A DNA stretch of 61,516 nt, counting the filler, from Choristocarpus tenellus KU-1152 (taxonomy: Eukaryota; Protista; Phaeophyceae), in NCBI GenBank assembly GCA_964200185.2. It is 9 parts of 9 records of this genome, joined end to end, with 100 filler letters (N's around TTAATTAATTAA, not from the genome) between each part and the next. Parts side by side here need not be neighbours in the genome. Positions count along the whole stretch, not along the records: positions 24,230 to 33,261 come from CAXNAD020004065.1; positions 33,362 to 46,699 come from CAXNAD020001520.1; 7 more parts are not named here. One strand, given 5' to 3'. The notes below the pieces were generated by a model. It was not told the DNA's origin, did not search any database, and worked only from the letters and a program-made list of their open reading frames with translations. Positions 24,130 to 36,500 of this stretch are shown here, piece by piece. A program made the position numbers and the translations under genes. The number at the start of each line of letters is the position of its first letter. Position 1 is the stretch's first letter.

Positions 24130-24229
24130 NNNNNNNNNNNNNNNNNNNNNNNNNNNNNNNNNNNNNNNNNNNNTTAATTAATTAANNNNNNNNNNNNNNN
24201 NNNNNNNNNNNNNNNNNNNNNNNNNNNNN
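24130..24229. other. artificial contig linker
   Basis: N44-TTAATTAATTAA-N44. Confidence 0.98.
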
Positions 24230-24279
24230 GTAACCCCCCCCCCCCCCCACCCCCCAGATACTTTGAACCTTTTCCTCCC

Positions 24280-25260
24280 TGTACCCCAAAGCAACATGTG
24301 CATACCTAATTGCTAATCCACCATAGATATCAGGTGATACATACAAAAATGTGTATGTACCGTGTACTTCATACTTATACCCCCCATGGGAAAACAAAAT
24401 CTGGAATTTTCTGAATGACCATATCCTCCTCGTAAATTGTTTCATGATACCTGTTTTTCTGGGCTTTCTACTCACCCTCTTTGGCACATGTGCAGCAACT
24501 CAAAGTTATTTTCTTTGAATCATTTGTATTAAAGACAGATAACGCAAGCAGCAGCTTTGACCACAGCACTCAACTACCTACCGTGTACACAAAAGATGTG
24601 TGGGTGTTTCCACCTTGTGGCCCTCAGATGCGCTCTGTGTTGGAGAGGAAGATTTGGACATGAAGTTGTAAAAGTCCACCAAGTCACTTCCGTGAGCGCA
24701 GTGCATGGTTGCACTGCACAACAAGAGACTCTAGCGAAGACATGCCACCACCAACCTCACACTTACAGCAAAATGGTACCTCTGTTCCCTCATTTGGTCT
24801 GTTGGCTCCATTGTGCGACCCAAGCATTGCTAGATTCTTGTCACATAGGTATGTAGGCACCATCCATGTCCCCTTTCCTTGTTAGCAAAAATCTAACAAC
24901 AATATGGTCCTTTATTCCTCTCTTAACAGCAAAGTTCACCTCAAGAAAGCTCACACCCATTGTTTCATCTGAGGTGGAGGAAGGCTTCTCATTCGCTTGT
25001 TGCCCTGCCTATGTTGTGAGTCTTACATTGTTGTGCATTGACAGGCCAAAAGGCCAACTGTCTGGAAGACAGGGTAAGGTACATCAAGCCTGTACCTTCT
25101 TGCCTATTGGTATTTTTGTCCTGGACCGGGTTAGTGAAAGCATCCTGTGATGGAGTTGTCAAGCCATGTACATTACACTACACACAATTATGTACTGGTG
25201 CAATTTGTCAAACGTCCCCTAAAATGGACGCATTCTCCATTTCCTTTGGGGATATTTGAT
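24280..25260 (-). pseudogene. decayed Cys-rich ORF remnant, probably transposon-derived
   Basis: Codon-like stretches (FCCKCEV, CCTCAK, HETIYEEDMVIQKIPDF, YKYEVHGTYTFLYVSPDI) broken by stops and frameshifts. Family not assignable by eye. Confidence 0.25.
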
Positions 25261-27469
25261 CACAAGGACAAGGGAACAATAGATTCAGAGGTACAACAAC
25301 CCCCCCCTTGTCAGTAGGCTTTGTGAGGATGAGACACTCAGGGGGTTCTTCAGACAGTATGCTTCAAAAGCACAATACAATATGTCCCAGCTCTCTCAAG
25401 AACTGTGGAAGAAGATTTTAAGCTGGCACGAATAAATCTATAGAGTGAAGGAATAGTGAGGTATGAGAGACAGCAAGGACATATGGTTTTACAGACTAAA
25501 AAGGTGAGGATGTGGAAAGGTGTGTGTGTGTGTGTGTGTGTTTGGAAGGGACAAGAACAAAGACTGAAGGTGCCAGCATGGTGAAAGACACGGTGAAATT
25601 TTACTCTCATTATTTTCTGCATTACAAGAGTTCGCATATTTGCAGATCATCACAACCCTTTCAAAGCATTCTTGCTTTTAGCCTCTCCACCTGAACACAG
25701 GGCGGCCTGAGTAATTGGTCAGAAAAAATCAACACTCCTAAACACTTCGTAACATGACACGCACAAACACAAAAATTATACAAGATGCTCATAAAAACAC
25801 TCAACTTGGTGCACCAAGCAGGAATTTTTCTTTGATGGACAGATCCTCATCACCCGTTTTCCCCCTTGAGACACGCATCAAAAACACAAGATAGTGTGGG
25901 ATGGCTCAAGATCCGCCCCACATCCGTCATCTCAACACTTTCTTCCACTCCTCTCCCCTCTTGCCCCCTCCTTCTTTCCATTTCAACATCTCCAACACAA
26001 AACGCTGTGCGTAAGACAATCCTTACAATTACTCTGTTACGAGGAAGGGATTGGGGCATGGTGGGGTCAAGCGTTGACACAAAATACCCACTTTTTTCTT
26101 ATCTCCAGGTTCACCCAGTCCTACACTACTGTACTGTGCAAAAATAAACTCAATCCATCACCACAACAAACTCATAATAACACTTCCCCCCTCCTTGTCC
26201 TGTGCTACGATAAATGAACCCCTTTTCCCCACCCCCTACAAGCTCTCTGTACAAAACGCCTTCAGTCCCACTGAATAATCCTCACCCCATCGCGTCTATC
26301 GACTGTCTCTGCGCTACTATTCACCATCTCACCCTTGCTTGGGGGGATGCCACAAGTTATCAACGCAGTCATGAAACCATCCCCTTCTTTTGTGTACACA
26401 CCACTTTCAGATCCTGTCTCTGTTCTCCTCCCCTATCCTTCTCTACCTGCTTGCCATCCCTTCCAGCCTAGGTCGTTAAGTGTTTTTGTGTATTCACAGA
26501 TATTAACAGAAATTCACATCTTCTCTCCTAAACCCCTGCCAAGGCATCTCTCGCCCTTCCGCCGAAACACCCAGTGGATGTAGCGGTTTGGCCCCCTTCA
26601 TCACTCTTTTCCGTGTGCCTACCGAGAACGGAAAAATCCCGACCCATCTACATTCCACCCCACCGCATGCCCATGGTTGCTGCTCTTATGCATCACTCCC
26701 CGCGACCTTAGACTGCACGTCATCATCTCGGCTAGACTCTTGTGCTAGATTTGCCTCGCGCTCTCTCTCCATACAGGCAATATCTTCCCACACGCCCTCT
26801 CCGTCCAGAAAGTCACCCAATAAACCTGTGAGGCGCATGCGCTTCGTCTCTTTGGGAAGATTTAACGCCAGTCCATCACATTCCCTTCTCCGGAGATGCG
26901 GCGGTGACTTGTCTTCGCCCCCCTCTGTATTATCCTTCTTGTCTTTAATTCCACCCCCTTGAATGTCCGCGATCAGCCCAATATGTTGAGGTTCAGATTT
27001 TTTCTCCTCTGTCCTCACTTTTTGATTTGATCCTGGCGCCCGCATATCCCGCTGTGCTGTGAAAAACTCCTGGAGTAAGGAGTCCACATCTACCAGCGTT
27101 AGCAACCGATTAGCCCCTTCTACCTCCTTGTTCTTGGGATTGCACATGGACAGTGACCACGTGCTAAACAACCAACCCCACCCTCCACGAATACCCCTGA
27201 GATGTGGACGCGGTCCCACACTTCGTCATAGCACCTTCAAAGCCACACTTCCACCATTTGGTTTGCTTTCTGTGTCAGGTGTTACTTCGAAATCTGATAT
27301 AATGGTTTGGTCGTGTAAAAACTTCAGAGCCAAAACAGCATTATGGTTGCAGGTTGAGATGGATCTGAACAAGAAGCAAAATAATGTGCACAAGATTGAT
27401 ACGAATTTACCGTTTCTTTAGATTATTATAATGTTATATTATTGAAACAGCGATAATAGATATTATATT

Positions 27470-27519
27470 ATTATTTTGCCCTTTGACATTTTGCAGATGT
27501 GTCAGAGGGAAACCAATGA
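27470..27519. repeat. dispersed palindromic motif, copy 2
   Basis: Matches 9901-9950. Confidence 0.75.
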
Positions 27520-30500
27520 AAACTATATACGTATGTGTATATAAAATGTCCTAAACATAAGAATACTGTAAGACATTATCGTGTTGATATTCCACTGCAA
27601 CCTCAAAAAATATTCATCCTCATTATAATATTTTTGGTCAATTTCTAAATCCCAATTGGTTGTAAGTTATGAGCAAGTTCCGAGTTGGACAATAGAAGAA
27701 GAAGAAGAGAGTAGTTGAATAGGGCTTGAGGATGAGATTCCAACAATCCAAAACATGAGAGTTTCAGGAAGTAGAGTGTAACTGTAGTACGTACAAACAG
27801 ATGGTGGGGAACAAACAAACGAAACATTTTTTTCAACAATTTACACCCTATTTATTCGAAGTGTTGTCACACTACCACAGACCCAGAGAATGTGTGGGTG
27901 CTTCTCATGATCACCGGCTCAACATACGAAACTCGCAAATCCATTCCCAGGAGACTTTCGTCGCACTCTACTGCCAGCAAATGAAGGTTTGACGCAGTTC
28001 CACACAATATTGAATGAGGTTCTGGTGTTAGTAGAAGAGAAATTAGCTACAGACACCTCGAGTATCTCCATAATATTTGCGTTGACTTTGCATCAGAATC
28101 GACCAAGTGAAGTGGTGCATCCATGCATCTCCATCCAATGTCTCCCCTCTTCAGTACAAGAAAACAATGTCCATTTTGACGCTCTTTTCGACCTGTTCGT
28201 CTGAATGCAAATAAAGTCGAACTTTCCAGACAAAGCTAGCAGAGGATCGGGCTATCGGTATAATGTACAAATTCTTAGGCAGGTGGCGAAGCTCATAAGG
28301 GTCGAGAGACAGAAGGGCTTCCAGCACAGTATCGAGGTGCAACGGATACTTGAACAGTTCAATGTCCAGTTCCAACAACAACAGGTGAACAGTCGCTCGT
28401 CATGCCTCATGAAAATACTCCAAAGTGGAACCCATTTGTTATTTCCCATATCGAGCCTCCAGTTTTGAATATCTATCAGCTCGTATCATCAGCCCTTGCA
28501 ATTGTCAATAATAACCCATCAGGAGATGTACACAAGGAATCGCTTGCTCGGCGAAGGAGTCCACGCAACAGGTTTTGCGGAGTTTGTATGCGCAGCAGAT
28601 GACAGGTGAGGGCTCTCACTGTAGTCAAAGCTACCTTTTCAATCTTCTTCTGTACAACATCGCTTATCCCTAAAGGCTTATCATTCCACATGCATCCATA
28701 CCCTGATTTTTATAATCCTCTTTCAAATGACCACCATCTGTCCCACCGCCCCCATGTGACCTGCTGCCTGTAGTTCACAGTGTGGTAAAAACGAGGTGCT
28801 GTTATTGATGAAGGATTGGGATTTGCAAGCTATCAAAACACATATGAAGCAGGCGAGAGAATACAAAACAATATAATGTGTAGCAGACTATCGCCATGAA
28901 GCTGTGTTCTACTCCAGAAAATCGTCTTGAGGGCGTTGTACAAGTGCTCTCTCAGGAAACAAAGGATCACCCTCATGCTGTCCTGGTCCCTCATATTGGC
29001 ATAAGGCTAGGGTACTTGTATCAGATATAGTACTGAAGACATGAGTAGCAGCCACACACTGTGGACCTGGCAGGATAGGTAAAGGGTCTGTGTAGATACA
29101 CACGAATCCCAGCACATCACTCTGTGAACATGGTGTGCATTCAACGAAACTACACTGGTTGACTTGAAGATTTTAGTTTGAATTTATATATTAGGAATCT
29201 GATACATACCTGGTAAACTGCACATAACAGCAACAAGTGGTGATTACTTCAGGTGTTTGAGCTGGAACGAAGTGCGCTGATCAGTTATTCAGGGGATTTT
29301 ATATCGGGGGAGAGAGGAAAGTCCCTACTCTCCAGTGAGGACCTACAAGACGTGCTGTGTATCTTTAGCAAGCAACGCTCAATCCGACGTATGCAGAAGG
29401 TGCGACTTGGGGATAATTGCCACTATACTGTAGTACATACAATCTTTTTGAATTGTTTATGTAAATCAAACGTGAACCACTTCATCGATAGTAGAACAAC
29501 TTGCAGACTCTATCAAGGCAGTGAGAATAATGATATGGGTAGGAGAGGCTACATGGGCTCAGATGCAATATTTTATGCAGTACAGCCAGGAGAAAATCAC
29601 AAGTCTTCACATGGGTGAGAGTATTGCTCAATGCTGGTATGTTGGAGACTTGCTGTGTCCCAGGTCTTGGACTAAAGCATCAAAGGGAGAGACAAGCAAA
29701 GCAGTGTGCCATGTACTCTTGAGTAAGATTGCACCATGTTTGCCTGATAGAGAGGAAAGTGATCTATGAATGATGAGTAGTGACTGAAATGTCCTGTTGG
29801 GGAAGATTTTATTACATGTTCTACTTCTGCAGAGCTCCCACACGAGCAATTCCTCATTGTCATTTACCCAGACACCACTAGACACCTCTTTCTCCATAAA
29901 ATACTTGATCTGTAAGTGCCTCGCAAGACACCTGGATATATAAATACTTTGCAAGATATTATAAGAAAGTACAGTAATATAATTTTTTTAATATATATGA
30001 ACACAATGTTTCCTATAGGTTGTCACCTTGCTGTGTATTGGGGAAAAACATTTGTTGATAACTTCTCACAGTAACTTGTACATCTTGTACATATGTTGTG
30101 TGCGTTCATGCGGGCATTGCAGGTTATTCAGTCAACTCTGGCAATCAGAGACTGCCTGTCCATGCACATCAACAACGGAATGAAAAAGGACACCGCAGGG
30201 GGTGTGGTGCTCTCCCTCAATCGGCTTTTTGAGCTTGCTCATGTGCGCTACTTATTTTGGTCATAAACTTGTGAATTGTGAACCTTAAAGAGTTTCGACC
30301 TACATACATTTGTGTTCCTTCTCAGCTACTCTCATTTCCTGCAATATATTGTTTCTTACTTGTTGCTACTGCAGCAGCATTTGACTGAGTCAATATCACT
30401 AATGGGATCATTGAGTCAAGGACTCGCCCCCTCCACATTGTTGTCAGGTGTCCAAAATTGAAATGAGTTGTGCTGGCCAACAGCTGGGAGGGCAATGAGT

Positions 30501-31107
30501 TCTTTTTTATGCTGCTGCAGATGTGCTGCTGAATCCAAATATAAAATTATTTAGTCCATTCCTTCCATTTGAACCTGGACCATGTTTTGTCAGATCCCTT
30601 GCAATCTAGATACCATGGACCTCACAGGCAAGCTCGATGGGCTTGTGATGGCAATGGGGTCCATCGTGTGGCACGATAATGGGCCCGTTGCTTTAGCAGC
30701 CTGCCAGGCAGGGTGGGCATTGGCTTCAATGAGTGGTGGGTTATTCTAATGGTGATCACATGTATCCTACATCTGTTGCTATCAAAGAGTGTACTGCATT
30801 TGACAATAATCCCCCCTTTCGAGTCTCAAACTTTGATGGAGAAAAGTTGGGATACCTTTGACAGCACCATTTGCTGGATACAAAAGTAGGAAAACGTTGG
30901 GAATTAACCTGACTGGAAAAGGGTCCAGCGGGGGCTGATTCTGATAGACTTACATGCTGTGCTGATGCACTAAGGCAGTGGTCTGTTTGTCCCCATATAA
31001 ATCCTCATAGCACTGTTCTGCCATTGATATATATATTGTTGGGGCCATCATGTTATGCCTCCAGGGAGATAGATTTTTTTATTTAGTACTTGTATGTGAG
31101 GAGATGA

Positions 31108-31286
31108 GCCTCAAAGTATCTCGGGGGTGGCGGCGGCTATCCATTTTGCGCCAATTTTTTCATGTCGCGATTTTTAGGTGATTAGGTTGCATACGTCGGA
31201 TGGATAATGTAAGTGCACTTTTCCTGGTGATGGTCCAAAAGGATAACCTGGTGTAGACCCCCCCCTCCCCTCAGATACTTTGAGCC
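31108..31286. mobile_element. MITE family A copy
   Basis: TIRs ctcaaagtatct ... agatactttgag. Confidence 0.85.
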
Positions 31287-31419
31287 TGACTGCCCCAACA
31301 CCTAATCTCTACAAGCAGTCTCCATTAATAGATTTGGCACTGGCTAAGGGCAGAAAAGATTCTCATGCTTTGAGAAGAAAGGGGAAATGGTCTAGGTAAC
31401 AGGTTGTATTGCAATAGCT

Positions 31420-31679
31420 GAGTGAAACTATCTTAGAGGGTACGAATTTTTACCTGTTTGTCCATTTGTGGGGCTTGGCTTCCCATGTTTTTTTTAGTTA
31501 CATTTTCCGACTCCAAAACGTTTCAGAGTAGGTAAAATGTATACATTATGAAAGGTGTGTCCGAAACATAGATATTGACACTCCTTAACAAACAAAATAG
31601 CCAAAATTACATCAAAATCACAACATTGTACTTTGACCCCCAAATGGACTCGGTTCTACCCTCTAAGATACTTTGGCTC
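31420..31679. mobile_element. MITE family B (~260 bp, Sola2-like: GAG...CTC termini, 4-bp TSD)
   Basis: TIRs GAGTGAAACTATCTTAGAGGGT / ACCCTCTAAGATACTTTGGCTC, with TSD AGCT on both sides. Confidence 0.85.
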
Positions 31680-31780
31680 AGCTTGAAAATTCTGATCATT
31701 GTCATCAAATGTAGTGGATTGCATATCGTCCTGAATTGTGCACAAATGCCCTCAATAACCAGAAGTTCAAGCAATTGGAT

Positions 31781-32045
31781 GAGTGAAAGTATCTTAGAGG
31801 GTGCGAGTTTAGCCCAATTTGTCCATTTGGGGCTTGGCTTCCCATGGTTTTTTTAAATGACATTTTCCTACTCCAAAATGTCTTGGAGTAGGTAAAATGT
31901 ATATGTTATGTAAAGGTGTGTCCAGAACAAATATATTTGACACTTCCTAACATATACGATAGCCAAAATTACATCTACATACATCGCAACATTGAATTTT
32001 AACCCCCAAATGGATGCGGCCCTCCCCTCTAAGATACTTTGGCTC
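31781..32045. mobile_element. MITE family B copy
   Basis: Same TIRs, with TSD GGAT on both sides. Confidence 0.85.
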
Positions 32046-32211
32046 GGATGGGGGCTGTTTGTTTTTTGGGGTACTTCATTGCATCTATCCATTGTACGAG
32101 CTTGAGGTATACCTTATCTCTGTCCTGTTCTTATCTCTCATTCTTGTACTGCACCTCTGCCCTGAGCTGGGAAATGGATTGAGAAAAAATGTGTGCTGGG
32201 GAAGGCTTTCT

Positions 32212-32387
32212 GACTCAAAGTATCTGGGGGGGGGGATTCTACATTAGGGTGTCCATTCAGACCCTGACCAGGAAAATTGCACTTACATTATCCATCTGAA
32301 TCATGCAACCAAATCACCAAAAAATCGCGACATGGAAAAATGAGCCCCAAATGGACAGACACAACCCCCTCCCTCATACTTTAAACT
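32212..32387. mobile_element. MITE family A copy
   Basis: gactcaaagtatctggggg ... catactttaaact, flanked by TTCT on both sides. Confidence 0.8.
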
Positions 32388-32419
32388 TTCTGGTTGAAAG
32401 CTAAAGGATTATGTTGGTG

Positions 32420-32680
32420 ACCCACTGCATTCAAGAGGGTAGGAGTTTTGCCCTGTTTATCCGTTCAGGGATTGGCTTCCCACAAGTTTTTTATGACAGC
32501 TGCTTACTTCAAACTGTTTTGGAGTAGGTAAAATGTATAGGACTATGAAAGGTGTATCCTGAACAAGGATATTGACACTTCCTAACCAACACAATAGCCA
32601 AAATTACGTCAAAATTGCAACATTGGATTTTGGACCCCAAAGAGACTCGGCCCTACCCTAACCCTAAGATGCTTTGACTC
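32420..32680. mobile_element. MITE family B, degenerate copy
   Basis: Internal sequence matches 31420-31679; right TIR is aagatgctttgactc. Confidence 0.7.
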
Positions 32681-33261
32681 GGTCTTTAGTGTTTATGGCG
32701 TTTCCATGCCAGTCCATGCTGAACAGCTCTCCATACATATTTTTTTCTCAAGACAACTTCCAATAGAACACGATCTTTGTGGATCCCATTCCTCAAAACA
32801 CCCAGGCATGCGACGGCGCCTTGTGGAATACAATCTGCACATTGCCTTGTGGGGTCTGCTGGAAAAGGCGTTGTGTGCAGTAGAGAGCACTGCTTGCCGC
32901 TCACAACATCTGCCCCGTGAGAATGTCCAGGTTGCAGAGTCCCTCACATCAGACAATGAAAATACCGCTACCCAACCATCAGTGGGTGCCATGCCAAAGT
33001 TGTCTAGCAGAGTGGCTGCTACCTGGGGGGATGGAGTAGGGGAGGTGAATGAAATGATACCCAGCCCGATGCTCGATAATCTGATTTACCACTGCCTGGG
33101 GGCATTAGCCACACTGCTTCTGTTGGACCAGGCAAAGGAGTCCCTAACTGAGCCTGGGCATCCAGGGATGGGAGTTCTCATGGACTATACCGAGTTGCGG
33201 GAAGATGGAAGGTGAGAATACTAGAAGGTTGAGAGAGTTAGAGGAGAAGTATCTGGGGGGG

Positions 33262-33361
33262 NNNNNNNNNNNNNNNNNNNNNNNNNNNNNNNNNNNNNNN
33301 NNNNNTTAATTAATTAANNNNNNNNNNNNNNNNNNNNNNNNNNNNNNNNNNNNNNNNNNNN
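33262..33361. other. artificial contig linker
   Basis: N44-TTAATTAATTAA-N44. Family A-type MITE ends flank it on both sides (33246-33261, 33362-33402). Confidence 0.98.
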
Positions 33362-33519
33362 GTGAAAAACGGACGCCGGCACCCCCCCCCAGATACTTTG
33401 ACCTTGTGGAGCTACATCATTCTACAACTCAATTCTATATCTCTTTCATACTTACCACAATAAAGTACATACAGAGTCACGCGTTAGAAATAGAGGGCAC
33501 AAATTGGAGCTACACTCAC

Positions 33520-36500
33520 ATGCCCCTTTATAGCCCTCAATGCAGATGCCAGACTCAGCATTATGGTTGCATGCGTCACTAGCAAAACATTCATGTATGA
33601 AGCTGGTCGATTTTATTGCCCTCCAGTATCCTTTATCCAGCACAATTGTCTCGATTGTATCATTGTATGCATTGCTACTTGAATGCTCTGGTACAGGAGT
33701 GCATTCAGGCCACTGGGTAACATTCCCCGGGAAGCAGTCGTTACACACAGGGCAGTCATGACATACAATTCCATACAGCTTGGCCTGAAAGTACCATAGG
33801 TATGGAAGGGTTCCTTGTCAGTAAAATCCTCAGACCTAACTTCCTGCTAACAATATCCAATGATGTTGTAGAAAGTACACAAATTGTGGAGCGGTTTCTT
33901 TGGCTAAAGCTCTACCATAACCACCCTCTGCTTAGAATCGGTAGAACAAAGAACATACATTAATTGCGGTATTATATTGTCAATTACAATGCAAGCTGTG
34001 ATCCACCAAGCTGTCAAAGCAAGGATATTCCTCGTACCTACAAAATACACGGGATTAGGGTTCGGGTTGCGCTAATCTACTTCCATGCGCAAAGGTGCCT
34101 GCCCACCTTTTCCAGGGACACTTTGCTCTGGATAATATAAATACTGGTGCGGGGTTGAACAGCTTGGGAGGAACCCAAAGAATAATCTGTTCGTAGATAG
34201 TGCTGCTGATACACTATAGACACCATCGGTGGAGTAGATTAGGAAATGCAGACACCACTGGTGGAGTAATGGAGGAAATGTAGAGTCAGATATATGTATG
34301 GTAGTTCATGTATGGTAGGGACCTGATACTTGATCATCAGTTGATATATAATATATGGGACTTAAGATAAGTAAATAAGTAATTCATAGTAAATTAGTGT
34401 GGACGATTACAAACCCCACACTGTAGAATAATAATAAGGTAGTTAAGGCCAGAGTCTTACCCACACGCTTAGTCAACGGAGTAGAGACCAAGGCCCTTGT
34501 AATACTAACATTGTTCATCTATATCAAGCTGTTCTTTGTCCTTCATTAAAGTACCATCTAAAAGCCGCGGGTCCAGTGTGGGATAGTTCAACATCATCCA
34601 GAGTAGTTTCTCCATATCCTACACCAATTTCGTATCATCTTGCTTTCATATGCATTTAACATAGGAAATCAAAACCATTCCTATGTAGGAAATTATTAAG
34701 TTCACATATATACACAAGTCTAGGGACATCAGCTCCTTTAACATACTAGCTAGCATTACGTAGTGAAGCGTGATAAGTTCTCAAGGCTAGTGTGAACTGA
34801 TTTGGAGGAGTTCTGATGGAGGTGAGCATCGGAAAAAGTAGACGTGGTGCGAGAAGAGCGAGTATGGAAAGATGACATCATCAAGAGCTGTTGAATAGGG
34901 TGAGGAGGAAGTTGAGTCAGAGTTCGAGGATGAAGACAATGGAGCGGTTAGCAGACCCCACACCGTGCAAAGACTGCAAGAGAGGGCCTGCAGCGACTCA
35001 TTCTACTATCTGCAAAGTTCATGGTGTACAACAGCAATGAACACGAGGAAGGACATATAACGTTTGAGATAAACTTCCTTTCGTGTGCCACCATGGGTGG
35101 ATAGAAGGGCGTTCTTTAACCAAGGACCACAGAAAGGTGAACTGCATCGAATTTGATGCAATGAGATGGACTAAGAGAGAGGTCCAAGAAGTCAGCATAG
35201 CTATGGCGGCTTCAGTAACAGGTTTAGGTGGACTTGCAAAACAAATAGCTGGCAACCACGATAGTCTGTCAGAAGCGTTTGAGGCATTAGGAATTGTTTT
35301 TGCTCGGATGGGGTAACGGAAAGAGCAATTTTTGTGGTCCAAGTTAATATCTCTTCATTAACCTGTGGGGGAAGATGACCCTCGCCATTATGCAGCTGCA
35401 TATGTTAGTGAGAAGTCGAGGTTGATTGATGATGAGCCTAGCAAGGAGGGCCAGCTAAGCACAGCGCATAATTGCATAATGGGGAAATATTTGGTTGAGA
35501 TTAGGCAGGCTACTGTGTGTAGTCAGACTCGAGCATCAAAATCGAGCTTATGAGATATATGTCATGCATAAACGTCGATAAGAACGACAGAAGGAGAGCA
35601 ATGGTGGGGGCACTGATGATGGGTGGAGTCCATGCGTGAGACGGAATCACATGGTGTCGAAAGGATCAACAACCAGGATGTGTGGAGGACCACACTTTCA
35701 ATCTTCTTGCCCTATTGTTGTTTTCTCACGTTTAGTATCTTATGCAGGTGTCTGCTATGAATGTGGAGTGACAGGGCACAAAACGTATTGTTGTCCTAAA
35801 CCTATTGGACTGTTTGGGGTGACAGTGCAAGGATCGACTCATTCTGTAGGAAATACCATAAGGGAGAGGAGACATGGGAAAGGGAATGGGAGAGGTCACA
35901 AAACAAAACTGGTGAACCTGGAGATGGAGAACCCAAAGCAAGTGGTACTCCATTGCAGGTTGGTAGATTTTCATCCATTCAAGAGGAGAAACAATCAGGT
36001 GGAAAATTGTGCTGGAAAAGGGAAAATTCTTTACAACCAACCCCTTCTTTTGGAGGACCTGGACTGGAGTTTGTGAAGATAGTTGTTGATAAGAATTATG
36101 GAAAAATTATTTTTAAAGTCAGCTGGAGGAATCTACTGATATTTTCTGACCCGAACACAGGACCATTACCTGATGTACCTGACATGAACTAGAGAATTTT
36201 GTCAGGACTATTTCTTGCCCAGGGGAGAGGAAGGGAGACACAAACTCGTCCCCACAAGGGCTGGAGTGGATACCATCCCGGGTGAAACATCTGAGGAGGA
36301 TGCCGTAGTAGCAAGAGAGCATGCCATTCAAGGGGTTGAAGGATGTGCCATAGTCTTCGGGGGGACTGTTGAGGACGTGAGGTCTGCCTCAAGAAAGGCT
36401 AGTGCTGCTGTCGATTTGGGAGGTGGACTGGAGTGAATGTAACACCAGAGAATCTTGTGGAAACTGATGATCTGGTCTTACGAGGGACTGCAGCACATAC

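Noticed and set aside
32700-33240. Minus-strand frame containing LWHGT...LGSGIF, resembling a PARP/ADP-ribosyltransferase
   Set aside because: Multiple stops, motif spacing too short and no other support. The 169-aa plus-strand ORF has no recognisable motif either.
34396-34422. AGTGTGGACGA, an 11-nt match to the 15-bp capture repeat, with a small hairpin; also AGAGTGTGGA at 46148
   Set aside because: Partial single matches with no partner repeat and no recognisable foreign insert. Not enough to call further array units.
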